62,816 nt of DNA from Gnetum montanum (Eukaryota; Plantae; Gnetophyta). Both the position numbers and the translations under genes were made by a program. The stretch is from assembly GCA_015680685.1 (NCBI GenBank), contig MNCI01000134.1:1-62816 (forward strand). The letters run 5' to 3'. Each line of letters begins with the position of its first letter. Position 1 is the stretch's first letter. Shown here piece after piece: positions 36,448-50,356 of this stretch. The notes below the pieces were generated by a model. The model worked only from the letters and a program-made list of their open reading frames with translations. It did no database searches and was not told the origin of the DNA.

Positions 36448-37329
36448 CTCATGAATGTTATGAGAAACTACAAAGAAGCATAATTTTAAATTAATTCATA
36501 TACTACATATTCAATGGCAAAAAATCACAAATCACAAGTAACTGTGAAGTTGTGGTCCTAGCAAATTTACTAATAGAAACTTAAATAGTTTCTTAAAAGA
36601 ATTCAATCACATAAGGAAAGGAAACATAAATAATTTATATCATGAAATATTTGTAAAATAAAGTATTCACAAGGGATTTTCAAATATGCAGAAATAAACC
36701 AAATTGTATGTTGTTAATATTTGTAAATTCCATAATTTAATCCCTATAAATTAGACTTTCCCACATGGCATAGAACCAAACTCTAACATGATAACAAAGC
36801 CATCAAATATTCATAAGAAGGGGTCTTTGTCAAAGTGTAACAAAATAGAATATCCTTTATCTTTCCTCCTTGAGTCTATGGTAAGAATGTTTCTAAATAA
36901 TTATATTATTGACTTCATGTAAATCATAGTAATGTATATAATGATGATACTACCTTAAAAAATATGACAAATTGTAGTCATTAGTTCATAATTTGTTTTG
37001 ATATTTTTATAGTTGACATATAAAATGATAGAAACATTGAAATATCTATCTAAGATTAGGAATTCATATGAAAAAATAATACTTCCTTAACAAAGATATC
37101 ATCATCATCATGGTAACCTCGTCTAGTCAATGTGGGGTGAGCCACACTTAGTTAATAAAGATACTTGGGTAAAACTATTTAAAGATTAGGATGTCATTTT
37201 TGAAGGTGTGAAATATTGGCTAGGAAGCAAAGAAGAAAATTTTATCAATAATTGTGAGTTTATGCAAATGAGTTAGGAAGGTATTAACACTAGTAGTTTT
37301 ATTAACAATATTTACCTCTAATATGTATT

Positions 37330-37422
37330 GTCAAATTAGAACTTTATAACTCATTATTTCTCATCTAAATCTATAATTTGGAATTTACAAATCAAGAGTC
37401 TTACCACTAGGCTAACACCTCA
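37330..37422 (-). mobile_element. tRNA-derived SINE-like repeat
   Basis: Minus tgaggtgttagcctagtggtaagactcttgatttg carries an A-box-like TAGCCTAGTGG; homologous to 10900-10996. Confidence 0.6.
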
Positions 37423-37470
37423 TTTATGAAGATGAGTATCTTTGTGTATGTGGAATTAAAGTTGAATGTG

Positions 37471-40400
37471 GGCTCTTCTTATCTTCTAGTGGTGTTGTTC
37501 CTTTCTCTAGTAATGATACAAATTTTGCATTATCCAAAAGTCTTTTAGCATTGTGCATTGTCTAACACAGTTACAATGTAGTTAGAAATACTAATGCTTA
37601 GTCTTACATGAAATAGGCTATGCCAGGCTCCTTCAATGATCCATAATTAGGCTACAATAACTTTCTTTAATCCTCAATCTTTAATGGTTCAATCCTCTTT
37701 TAGAATGCTACGCATATCTTAGACTTCATATTTATCAATCCTTAAAAAGTAGAACTAATGCCTTCTTCTCAAATACCATGTAGAAGAGCTAGAAATATTT
37801 TCTTTAAAAGCATGCTTTATGTGTATCATGTCTTCTTGTGTTCCTTGTTATAGTTATGACTTGAGGGCTTCACCATCTTTGATGTTATGAGCCATCTCCT
37901 TGCTCTCTCCTTGGGTTATAATCATCTTACTTGTTTTCCAATGATGTGACTGTTGTTCATAATCCTTACAAAATATAATAAAGGGTTTTGTCTCTTCATG
38001 GATCATCATAACCTATCATAACTTATCCTTATTTTAAGAAAATAATGATTATATTTTGTTAAGAAATTAATGATTGTATCATGAGAGAAGGAGAGATGCA
38101 CTATACATAAGTGTTGCATATTTTTGTAACTAACAACTATGAAAATATATGTTAGAACTCATCCTTTGTTTAATAATGAAGTGTAATCTTAGGAGTCTTG
38201 GTCTCACAAACGCATGTCATAGGTTCAATTATAGTTGACTATGCTACATTATGTATTAAAATTTTTTATAAAAAAGATTTTTGAAACTTCTAGGATAGAT
38301 GCAAAGGATCTTAATGAACATAAATGAAAATTGAGTTTGATCCAAAAAATGCTCATGAAATTCTAGAGGGTTGTTAGATGATAGCAAAACAAATGCTTGA
38401 AGAAAAGTGTTAAACTCCATTGATAAAGTTAATGTTCAATTATTAGCTGCATACATGAATAATCACAAAAATCCTATTAAAGATAGTATTTCATGAATGG
38501 CCACATAAGATCAGAAGGGATTGATTGAAATATTGCATTTATCCATGATTCATATAATTCTTGAGTTATGTGATGTGAAGCAATTATGTCATACCATAGT
38601 AACTTAAACTTAGAATTTTTAGTCAAATTAAAATTTTCCATTAAATCAAGTAAGGCATAAGAAATCATAAGTTTGCAAAATGTCCTTTAATTTAATGTTC
38701 AAATAAAATATGATTTATGCATAAAAGCTACATAAGAAACTTAATAATCAAGTTTCATCACACAAATGTCTAGAGTTTAAGCTACAATGAGACATGTCCA
38801 TATAAGATTACATAATGTCTATAAGAAAAATACAACATTACAATCATTCTTAGAAGTAATAAATATAATATAAATAATATTCACCAAATCTTCTAGAATT
38901 TCATTATATCCACCACATTAATTTCTAGTTTGACATAGAAGGCTTTCACTTTGAAGAAAACAAATATAAAATTGGATAGAGAATATAATGTTTTATAAAT
39001 TCATGAGAAAGAATATAAATATGGTATGAAAAATATATAGAATACTATTGAGGATATATGCAAAGAAGTCATTAATAAATAAGTTTATATCGTTAGTCTT
39101 CAAGCTCAAATGAAAAATTTGAAGAAAGTAGTTAAGAAATTGAAATTAAATTATCACATAGAATGATGAAGATGAATCCTACAAAGATAATGTAAAAGCT
39201 CAAGATATTAGGCTTGTGATGCTATAAATGATATTCAAGAAGATTCACTAACTAATTCTAATACATTAAAGTAAGAAACATAATAGAAATAACCTAAGTA
39301 ATCATAGCCAAATAGATCCTTTGTACCATCTAAGAAGCAATCAAACTTTGAAGAGTTCAAAGAGATTGTTGTTTCTAAAAATTGAACATATTGAAGAGTT
39401 CATGAAGTTTCATACATAATCATAGGAAATCTTTGTGTTTTATTCATATATTTTGTGTCTTTCTAATTTTTTTAAATGCTTAAGGAGTTACCACAAACTT
39501 TGCTTAGTAGAGAAACTATAATACTTATTTCTTAAAGCTTTCTAAGTATCATAAGTCTTACATAATGCTTAAAAAATTTATGTCATATACAAATTTAGGA
39601 ATTATCTAATTCTTAGATAAATACTAACCATAAGCTCTTGTAGATAGAGTATGACTAATACTGGTTCTAATTCTAATAGTTCATAATGTTCATGATATCA
39701 TCCTTGGGGTTATTATACCTCTAGGCTATGTTCATGGGTTCTTCTTATCTTCCAATGGTGTTGCTTCTTGCTCTAATAATGCTACAAATTTTTCATTATT
39801 CAAGAGTATTTTACCATTGTGAGTTGTCTCATAGACTTACAATATAGTTATAAATACTAATGCTTAGTCTTACCTAATTTGGGCCATGCTAGGCTCCTTC
39901 AACTATCCATAGCTAGGCTACAATAGCTTTCTTTAGCTATCTTCTAACTTCATGAATCCTTTATAAGTGCCCTTGTTGTATGTACTTATTATGCTTACTT
40001 TCTTTAATCTTCAATTTTTAATGCTTTAATCTTTCTTTTGGATGCTAAGCATATCTAAGACTTCACCTTAATTAATCCTTGCAAAGTAAGACTAATGTAT
40101 TCTTCTCAAATACCATTTGAAAGAGCCAGTAGTATTTTTTTTTGAAAATATATTTTACATGTATTCTTTATTATTTTATTCCCCATCTTACTTATCACTT
40201 AAGGTTTCCATCATCTTTGATGTTATGAGCCATCTCCTTGCTATCTTCTTAGCTTACAATCATCTTCCTTGTTGTTCTAATGATGTGACTTTTATCCATA
40301 GTTCTTACAAAATGTAATAAAAGTTTTTGTCTCTTCATGGATTATCATAACTTCTTGTAACTTATCCTTTCTTATGTTAAGAAACTAATTATTGTATCTT

Positions 40401-40700
40401 GTTAAGAAATTAATGATTGTATCATGAGTGAAGGAGAGATGTGTTATACATAAGTATTGCATATTTTTGTCACTAATAACCATGAAAATATATGTCATCA
40501 CTCATCATTTTCTTAACAATCAAGTGTAATACTAGTAGTCTTGGTTTTAAAAATCCATGTACTAGGTTAAATTTTAATTGTATCTATTGCATTATGTATT
40601 AAAAAAAATTCTATAACAAAATTTTGAAACTTGTTTGATAAATCCAATGGGTCTTGGTAAATGTAACTAAAAATTTAGTTTGATACAAAAGATACTCATT
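37471..40700. repeat. Diverged direct duplication: 37471-38350 matches 39736-40700
   Basis: Colinear blocks, e.g. aatactaatgcttagtcttac and ccatctttgatgttatgagccatctccttgct, occur in both copies. Confidence 0.9.
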
Positions 40701-40706
40701 GAGAGG

Positions 40707-43700
40707 TGTTGAAACCCAAAAAGTTAAATAATAATATTAAAAATTTTAGAGTACATCAAATCATCAAAGAGAGAGACTAAAGAAAAATCCTAATGGTTTT
40801 AGGGATATCATTTTAGGTGTCCATCCTCATAATCAATCTTGAAAATCCTCCCCTTTGGCATAGGAAAAGAATAAATTCTTGTCCTTATTCAAAAGTGTCC
40901 TCATAAGTTTCTGAACCCCTCAATGGCTAAGGAACTTGTTCAAAAATAAAAATAATAAAAAATAATAAAAATCAAAAAAATTATCATAGTTGATCAATTT
41001 AATTGGTCCCCTAAATTCTATGCCTTTTTAAAACTATTTTACCATATAATTTTATACATATGGCTTGAAATTAAGAAGTTTTTCATGTCTATGATCCTAA
41101 GGATCCAACTATTATAAAATCCAAATAACCCCTTAGATGACTAGGACTACACCCAACCTATGGAAATATCAATGAAAAATATTACAACTTTATTTGTACA
41201 AAAATCCAAGTTGGTCTTCTTATTCCATGTTTGGAATTATAATTAAAACAATAGTTTGAGATTATTTAGAAAAAATAAAAAGAGTATATTTCCTCTCTAT
41301 ATAACCACTTTGGACTAACAAAGTTTCAGACATGCATGTTAGCACAAATAGTGGACATAGATGAAGCAAGTGAGGAAGTTATCTTAGACCAAAACTAAGA
41401 GGATTAGGATGAGTTCAAAGCTAATTATGAACCAAATATGTTCATGGAGGACCTTTTGGAATAATCTATTCTAGAGATGACCATGTTCAACTCTATTCCT
41501 CCCACTTCAGTTAAAAACCAAACTTTTCCTATGATCTTCACAAGCTTGAGTTCTCAAATTACTTCATTGTTTACTGCATTATTCTTCTTAGCACCTTTTG
41601 CCACTATTCCTTAATCCTTGTGAATAGCTGCATCCATGCCTCAACCTTTTATAGTTTTGGCTAGTTCTTCTTCTAGGATACAAATACCACATAGCCTTCA
41701 TAACTTCTTTATGTCCAATATCCCTTTTTTTCAACATATGCTAGTGCAAATGTATCTTTCCATGTTTAATCCACCTACAATGATAGTCACACAACCTCTC
41801 TAGTATATACCTTTGCCTTCCTCTCAACCACAAACTACGTAACAACCAATGCAAGTATTAGGAGCATCACAAGGCCTAGATCAAGCCTTTCAAATGATCT
41901 AGAACCTTACTAAAGAGTTTCAAAAGCTCAAAGCTAGCACCACTTAGACAATAAAGTTCATGGACTTCTACCAAGATAATCCCATCAGTCCTAGCATTTC
42001 TCAAATTACATTATCCATAGGCATGCCTATCCCAAGCTTCACCAAATATAATGATGAAAGGAATCCTAATGCACACCTTGTCACCTTCTGATCTAAGTAT
42101 CTCCTATTGTATGCACGACCTCACATGATATAATAGTCCATGAAACTCTAGGTAGAAGTTTAGTAGGTAAGGCCTTCCCTAGATGTTCTATATCTAGGTC
42201 AAGGCCTTGAAAGAAAATGCTTTAGACTATAATTTAACCTTACCTAGATGTTCTATATCTTCTTTTAAAGACTTAATAAACCAATATATCAACCACTTCA
42301 AATACAACTTGAATTAAGATAAAACATTGGACCAGCTCATGAAATTGAGGTAGTAATTACTTGAACCTATTCAAAGGTTCATTCAAAGATGGAATGCAAT
42401 ACTCAATGAGATCCTTGAGCTCATCTCTGAGATCCACCTCTTGGTCATCTTCAAGGAAGTAGTTAATGATTTGATTGAGTCAAAGCTATACTACTTAGAA
42501 TCTCGATCACTGAGCCAAGTCTTTTCATAAATTAAGAACATCAAGGAGGTTACTAAGGCTAGCAATGATCTAGTCAATATGGCCAAAGAAAACCAATACA
42601 CTAGGAGGAACAAGGATAAAATAAAATAAGTACAAAAAACTATGGTCATAGTAACAAAAGAGCAAAAAAAAGTAGAAAGGTAGAGGTCAAAATCACATAA
42701 TGCACCTCATGATCCATCTCAACCATCTACATCATATGCTTCTAATCAACCAAGACCAAATTTTGAGTGTAAGGATAGGAATAGGTATGCTATGTTGACT
42801 ATGATAACCTCTAAGCTTCTAGAATAATTACTTTGAAATAACCATATTTAACTTAAGCAGTTATTTGAGAAAGCTCATAAGAGGTACGATTATCTTTGTG
42901 AGATAGCTAGAAATGATAGCAACCAAAGATGATCCAAGACTACCAAAGTACTTTAGACTTGAAAGTTTTTGCCATTACCATCAACTAGTTGGTCATGATA
43001 CTAATTTATGCTTAGCCCTTAGAGATGATTGACTATGGAGAGTTAGTGTTGAATGAGTCCAACTCTCCAAGCACCAACAATAACTCTTACATCATGGCCT
43101 TGTTCACAATAACCAAATGGTCTAATCCTCCTAGAGTACCATTTTTCATCAAAGTACCACCACCCATGCGTCCTAAAGTACCTTTTTTCATACATGTTCC
43201 ACCTTCAATGACATCAAATTACAACCCAAAGAATGCATTTCCAACCCCTCTAAGGCTAGGGAACCATTTTTTATTTGAGTTCCTTCACCTTTAACAAGTA
43301 AACCCATAATACCTCGTGACTCATGCTTACTTATTGTAGCCAATAATTCAATGATTAACAAGAAATCACCGCCACACTAATTATGAAAACAACCTATTGC
43401 CAAACCAAAAACTAAGCCCACTAAAGATAGCCAACAACAAAATGCTTTAAAGTAAGCTAACCCACCAAGATTCACATTAAGAGTAGCCTCACCTATGAAC
43501 TCAATTGCTTAAACCATATCAACTAATCAACCAAAAGAGCATCAAACATTAGGTATGAGCAAGGGGCCTAAGCAAAATATGTTGAAACATGAGCTAACAC
43601 TTCTAGGAAGAATGGAGGAAGTTAAAACTACGAAGGATAAACGATCATACAACAAGGAAAAGAATTTCCTTGAAATAATGGAATAAGATAGATGTTTCCT

Positions 43701-44900
43701 AAAAGAAAAGAACACCTCACTAAACTTATACAACCTAGTCATAGCCTCTCCTACTCATAGAGATGTGTTAGCTGAAATGTTGATCTCCATTCTCATGAGT
43801 GAAGACATGCCTACCAAAAAAACGTCCATCCACTCTATCATTGAGCAAGGTTTACTTAGAAAAAACAAGCATAAACCCATGCTCATCTTTCATGACAGTG
43901 AAGTAAATATTGAATCATGAAATGGAGAATTACTATTTGCTCCTTTCCTCATTACCATACATATTGGTAGGCATAAGGTTCACTATGTTCATGTAGAGGA
44001 CAGGACAGTAACTAATATGGTACCATTTACCATTGTTGAGAAACTAATCTTAATCAAAAACATCCAAGAATCCTCTACCCCCATGCTCAAGTCATTCAAG
44101 GGATCACGAGTCGTGATTTGAGGTTTTATCTCCTTGGATTTTGTAGCCAAGGAATAATTTCCTACATCCACCAACTTCCTAGTAGTCAAAGAGATACCTA
44201 GTTTTAACTTAATCGTAGGGAAGCCATGGTTAGCTAAGCTTCAAGAAATCTCATCTCCTATGCATTAGGAGATTTACTTGCCATATGAAGGTGGAAAAAC
44301 TATCATTCATGGGGATAACATGTGTTCACCATTTGTTAACAATGTCAACATTGATCGAGATTTGGAGGTGGAGTTTCAAGATGAAACTTCCTACACTAAA
44401 TGTAGGGCCACCAACAACAACAACAACAACAAGGCTAAAATCTCCAACCATAAAAAATTAAATGATTAACAAGAATACCTAATGATTTCCATATCAAACA
44501 AGAAGCATGATGAACATAGAATCATGCAAAAGGGATTCCTTGATATATTAAAGTTCAAGAGACAAATTCATACTTGACATCTTATCCCATCCTTTATTAA
44601 CAATTATTTATTTATTTTTATAGCCTTGTATCATGTTTTTCTATTTTTTTTATTCTCACATGCTCTTTTGAGATCATCCCTTGCTTGTTAGATAAGTGTA
44701 ACCATGGCTTGCCAAGGCCTAAAACTGATAACACGATGGTCTTCCAAGGCCTAAAACTAGTGAATATGTGTCCTCTCTTTCTTCCTTCTTGAATATACAC
44801 CATGAAAAATTTTACTATCATATACACCATGTCCTTTATGTATTTCATTTTATTATATCATATTACCAAATTTTACTTCATAGCCTTGTTATAGAAAAAT
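40707..44900 (+). mobile_element. Tat-type Gypsy 5' half: gag, zinc knuckle, protease, post-protease spacer
   Basis: PSFTKYNDERNPNAHLVTF (~42030); FCHYHQLVGHDTNLCLAL (~42970); protease ..NFLVVKEIPSFNLIVGKPWL (~44170-44230). The left boundary is approximate. Confidence 0.8.
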
Positions 44901-47879
44901 ATAACAACATGAGATTGAATAGAAATAGTCTAAAATAGTAGTCATGCTCACATTGTCTGAAAAATAATAAAAAATATATAATGTCCATGTCCAATAGCCA
45001 TAATTGCACTATGTAATAGATGACAACAATAATAATAGTACATAGTCACTAAGGCTATGATAGTGAAACAAAAATAATGAAAATAATGAGGAAACAAAAA
45101 CAACAAAATACAACATGTCCAAGAGTAGCCAAGATTAAACCATAGGAGGAGAAGGAAGATCATCATCAACATCATTGCCATCATCTACAGCCTTAAGACA
45201 ATGAAAATTATAGATGATTAGTAATAATACTAACTAAAGAACATAATTATAAAACAACAAAAATAAAACAAGAATCGACAAAATTCAAACAAAATAGCCT
45301 ATAAGATAACAGTGTTCACATTAAGCATAAAATACAAAAAATAACTAACTTCATTAACACAATATCAATTGCAGTGCAAACCAAGGTTCAGCCTTGTTAC
45401 ATCTTATTTAACATACATCAGAATTAAAATTTGACATGCTCAGAGACAAAACATAAGGAAAAATTAAGCTTAATAGTCTAACAAAAATTTGACATGAAAA
45501 TAGAATAGCCTAGCATTTTAAAAACTAAAATTGACCTTTCTTTTAAAAGAGTGAACATTACATCAATTTTTTCAAAAAAAAAAAAAAAACAGGTAGGTGG
45601 CTAAAATTAGCAATGCTAAAACTTGGTGATTGTAATTTTTTAGCAAACAACAAGGAAAGAAATCACAATATTCCTTGGGAATGTGGGAAGAGTAGTGATA
45701 AAATACATAAAATTTCTTGGCTCTTAGAGCCCACATGCTACCATTCTTTCCCCCAAAAATACCACAAAGCTCTCACACGCTAAGAAATTGATCTCCACAA
45801 GCTAAAAAAATTGAGTTTTATTCTTGCATGCTAAGAACCCAAGTCTCACACACTAACAATGTGTGGGGTAGCATGTGATACTTGGGAAAGCCTTATCTTA
45901 CTCATGGATTTCCCATAAGAGTCCCACACAATAGCACAATGTCTAGAGTAGTGTGTGGGAAAAACTCTACAAATTTAGGGAAGAATAATCACTACAATCT
46001 AATGATGGTTATGTATCATGTTTTCTATGAAGCCAAGAGTAGTACAAGATCACAAAGAAAGAAGGAAAGCAGTGAGAAACTAAAATCATTCTATTGCCAG
46101 TTTACTATGGTTGAATTCATCTGCAAAGGTGCAAGTAAGAAACAAAGGTGGATTTGCATCTACATTAGGCATGGAAAAAATGAGTGGTGTTGCGATGGGA
46201 GTTGTGATAGTGGTGATGAAAATGATGAGAATGATGATGATGGCAATGGTGCATGGGTAGAAATTATCATTATCTTGAGATTGGAAGAAGCAGTTTTAGC
46301 AAGTAGCAAGTGATGCACATTATTTGTTCATTATTGTAAGTATGGGGACATGAAGCAAGATTGATAAACTATAGATGTATCATAATCTTGTTAACAACTC
46401 TTACCTCACATCATCTCTATTATCCCTCCTGAGCCATTACCACATAGCCAAACTATAGCCCTCCTTACCTTGCTAATAATGAAAACCTAGGTTTGACATT
46501 CATGCACTATGGTCATGTGACATCCTCTTCTACATGCTCCACAAATCAAGTTTACTAAATGTAACATATCTCATTCAGTGTGAAAACAAAGAAAAACTCA
46601 TCCTTGACATAGAAGCCCAAATAGGGCTTCAAACCTATCAAGAAAAGGGAGTAATTGCCAAGAAAGCCAAGAGGCCAACATATCCTAGGGTAAAATAGAT
46701 GGCTCTAAACAAAAGGATGGAGCTAAATGGCCAAAGAAACCTGAGAGTAGAGTGCTAGCTCTTCTAAACACCATCAAGTAGCTAACAATTCAAGCATAAA
46801 GACCTTCTCACTTAGAAAGCATGTCACTTCCATGCCATGGCCATGATGTCAACATTTGGAATTCTTTGTTAGCCTATTTGACCATACTTTGATAACCAAC
46901 ATATCCATCATCTCATCCCAAACTCTTGACATTCCATTATAACCTTATTTCATCATAATGCACACTCCTTGGCATGATTCAATAGCTACTAAATTGAGTG
47001 TGGAGAGGAAGCATTGGTGATGAATTTGTAGTAGTGTTTCTTATTCTTTGTTGACACATCCTAAGTTAATGCTTTAAACATCAACAAAGAGGGACCAATG
47101 AAATGCCTCATGTAAAAATCATGTTATGCATAAGAAGCCTTCAAGCCAAAATTACATTTTAATTTGATGGGATTTAAAGGAAGAAATAATTATCTTATTT
47201 TCCATTAAAAATCATATCCTATGACATTGTTTCAACAAATTTTGGGTCACTTTTAGTGTAAAACGAGTGAGAATTACAACCCACATGCTATGAATATCAC
47301 TTAGGCTAGTGTGAGGATGAAAATGATTGGAAATAATGGGGTTTTCTCCATACGCTATACCACCTTATCCCACATGATGTTCCAAACATGTGGCACACTG
47401 TGTGGAGCTAAACTTACCCACACATTGGAATTTGGATCATGAAAATAGCCCAAATATGATGCAAATTTGGCAACAAAAATCTCACATGTTGGTGACCCAT
47501 ACACTACATTTTTTGGTGGTGAAAAGTACCATATATATTGGTGTTTAAAGCCCAAAAAATAAAAAACATTGGTGGTTCACACACTATAGATTTTGAACAT
47601 CAAAAGTATCAAAAATGTTGTAGGGATGTTAGAAATTATCCAAAATCAAATCAGTGGAGAATCAACAAATTCATGGCCTATTTAAACCAAAATCTTTAGC
47701 ATTTTAAGGACTTTTCAATCATTTTGCATTTGGCTAAACTTGATACTTTCAAAGTAATGTAGGATCAAAGTGTCCATAGCCTTTCCCTACAACATAAATC
47801 ATCATGAGTAGAGAGAACCTATGATAGACGACACTGGATAGCAGATTGGTTGAGACAGAAAAGGTAGATTGCATTGCAA

Positions 47880-48570
47880 GACACACACGATTGTTTGCAC
47901 CAAAATTTAACAATATTGTTATAATCTTGAGCTCATAAGTCCCATAATCTATACTTTCTAAACCTTTGTTATTTCATCATTTTTTTACAAAGTTTAATAC
48001 AAAGTTTTTATTTTTCTTTGTTTTTCTCTAATTATTTCTTAGAGAAAATTTAGATTGCATACCACTTGAAACCCTTTAAGCATAAGTGTATTCTAACTAT
48101 AATTACTTGCAATTTCAACTTTCAAATATTTATAAGATTCACATATATTAAGTATTTTTCTCTCAAAGGAAAAAATTATAATTTCTATTTCTAGTATCAC
48201 AAATTAGAATTTTAGTCTTGTCAATATTAACTTTCATACCAATGGTTACAGTAGTCATGGAGAATTTGAAGCATATAATTTAATCTTGTAGCTGATTTTA
48301 TAGTAAAGGCTACATCATCTACAAAGAGAAGCATGTTTAAAAATAATCCATTCACTAACATACCATGATTAAAGGCATTTTGCATCCATTCCTCCAATTC
48401 ATCTATAAATATGCCAAAAATGGCAAGGGACAAAGCACAACCTTGAATTTTTCTTTCTCTAGTAAGATTATCTTCAATAAGAATGTTAATTGTCTCATAG
48501 ATTCCTTTAGTAGAAAAAAGGAGATCTTGTGGAATGTTAATTTTATCCAATCTCTTCCAAAGTTATTGCT
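47880..48570 (-). mobile_element. LINE RT core fragment (RTEX-like)
   Basis: IQGCALSLAIFGIFIDELE...LLFVDDVA...LHDYC, then ESYKYL. Confidence 0.8.
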
Positions 48571-48619
48571 ATGAGTTTGGAAAACATTATTAAGAAAAAT
48601 AAAGTATTCTTAGTAACAT

Positions 48620-49520
48620 CATCTAGAACAAATCAATCAAATTTACAATTGAAAATATTATTAAGAAAATTATGAAATTTTTTTTATAACATTTGTAATA
48701 AATCAATAAAATTCACAACTCTAACATCCCATCTATGTTTAATTTGTTCCAATGTAGGATATTGTAGCAAAATGTGGTATTCATCTTCAATGCTATTTAT
48801 ATTGCATAGTCTGCATATTCATTCTGTATAAGGAATTTTTACCTAGCTACCTATTTTCACTTTGAGATCTCATTTGTGATTTACTAATTGTCTATCTTAA
48901 CTATAGTAGTAGGTAAATAATTTACCTTTGAAGTAAGGCCTCCCATAGTATTATTTAAGTAGATATGATTTTTCCCTTTTACATTTTTTAAATTTTTTTG
49001 AAATACTACAAACTTGGCTAGAATTAGGATAAAGAATGTGCTATTGAATATTCCATTTATTAAACCATAGAACTCTTTTAGGGAGCCATCCTTTATTATG
49101 GGTCTCCATGATTACTTTTTGGGAATATTTATCCATTGAAGATATAGAAAAATTATGAGTGCAAGCTATAAACTAACAAATAGCTTCAACCTCTAACAAT
49201 ATTATCTTGCTTCAAGAAGCATAATATTATTTTGTGTCTACCTCTTCACTTTAAATTCATGAAGAGAAAAAATATTTGAATTTTTTCTATCTATTTCCAA
49301 TATTTATTTGATGAAGTAGGACCAATACAACATATCCATAAAGAATAGTAGGTTGAATAATGATATGATAAAGTTATTTTTAATATCCCAAGCTAGCATA
49401 GATTCCTTTTTATATATTCTCTTTAAAGAAAATACAACTTTGATGCCACTTGCAACTCTTTAAGTAATGCATTGACCCAAATTACATTGCACAATTTACA
49501 TATTTTTCAATGTTGACTTC
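48620..49520 (-). mobile_element. LINE ORF2 C-terminal fragment with a CCHC-type zinc finger (RTEX-like)
   Basis: IQPTILYG (~49330-49360) and RICRLCNINSIEDEYHILLQYP (~48755-48822). Confidence 0.75.
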
Positions 49521-50356
49521 TTTATCAAATAATTCTTTAGAGGAGAGACAACCTAGTCAAATAATTGTTAATTACTATTCTCTAGTATACTGCTTTGTTT
49601 TTTTTTTTTGTAACTAATACTTTTCATGCACACATTAATTCAAACACAAAAATTTGATTTAAAGTATTTTGAATTAATACATCATTACTGTAAAAAATTA
49701 TTAATAACTATCATGTATGCATTCAATTGCCAGAATTATTATGCATAGTCAACATATACTTTAACAATTATTATGAAAAATTTACCCATGTCAAGCATCA
49801 TGGAATAGTTAAGGTAGGTAACTTGTTAGTTCAAGAGTGTGATTTTTTGAACACCATTACAATAAATGAGATGCATGAAGAGGTAAATTTTTTTAAATTG
49901 AGTTAATCCTTTAGAGTCATAAAGTGATATAAAATTCCTGAATAAGGTCTCAACATAATTAAAAATAGTTTTAATATACTAAGGAAGATGCTTGGTAAAA
50001 CCTTAAAAATAATATTTGTAATAAGAACAACTAATTTTATTATTTTTTAAAACACAAATTTTAGAAAACATGTCTTTAATATTTTTTATTCTTTGAATTT
50101 TTCTTTTTAAAAATAAGAAACTTGCAAGATGATGATGTTGTCGAATCACAAATTTCAGTTGTTATCTTATCTTAGATAATTAGTAATTTCATGATATAAA
50201 ATTCAATTTTATGTTATTTCTTTATAACAAGTCTAATATATCTTAAGAAATGGTTAATAAAGTTTTGAGTAAAAACCAAGAACAATGAAAAATAAGATTG
50301 TTTTCATAGTTAGGGAGGAACACTAAAGGTTATATTAGTTGCGATATTGTATCCCA

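Noticed and set aside
44900-47700. Short ORFs in the track (e.g. 45882-46313)
   Set aside because: Low-complexity decayed repeat DNA with no recognisable motif or splice structure.
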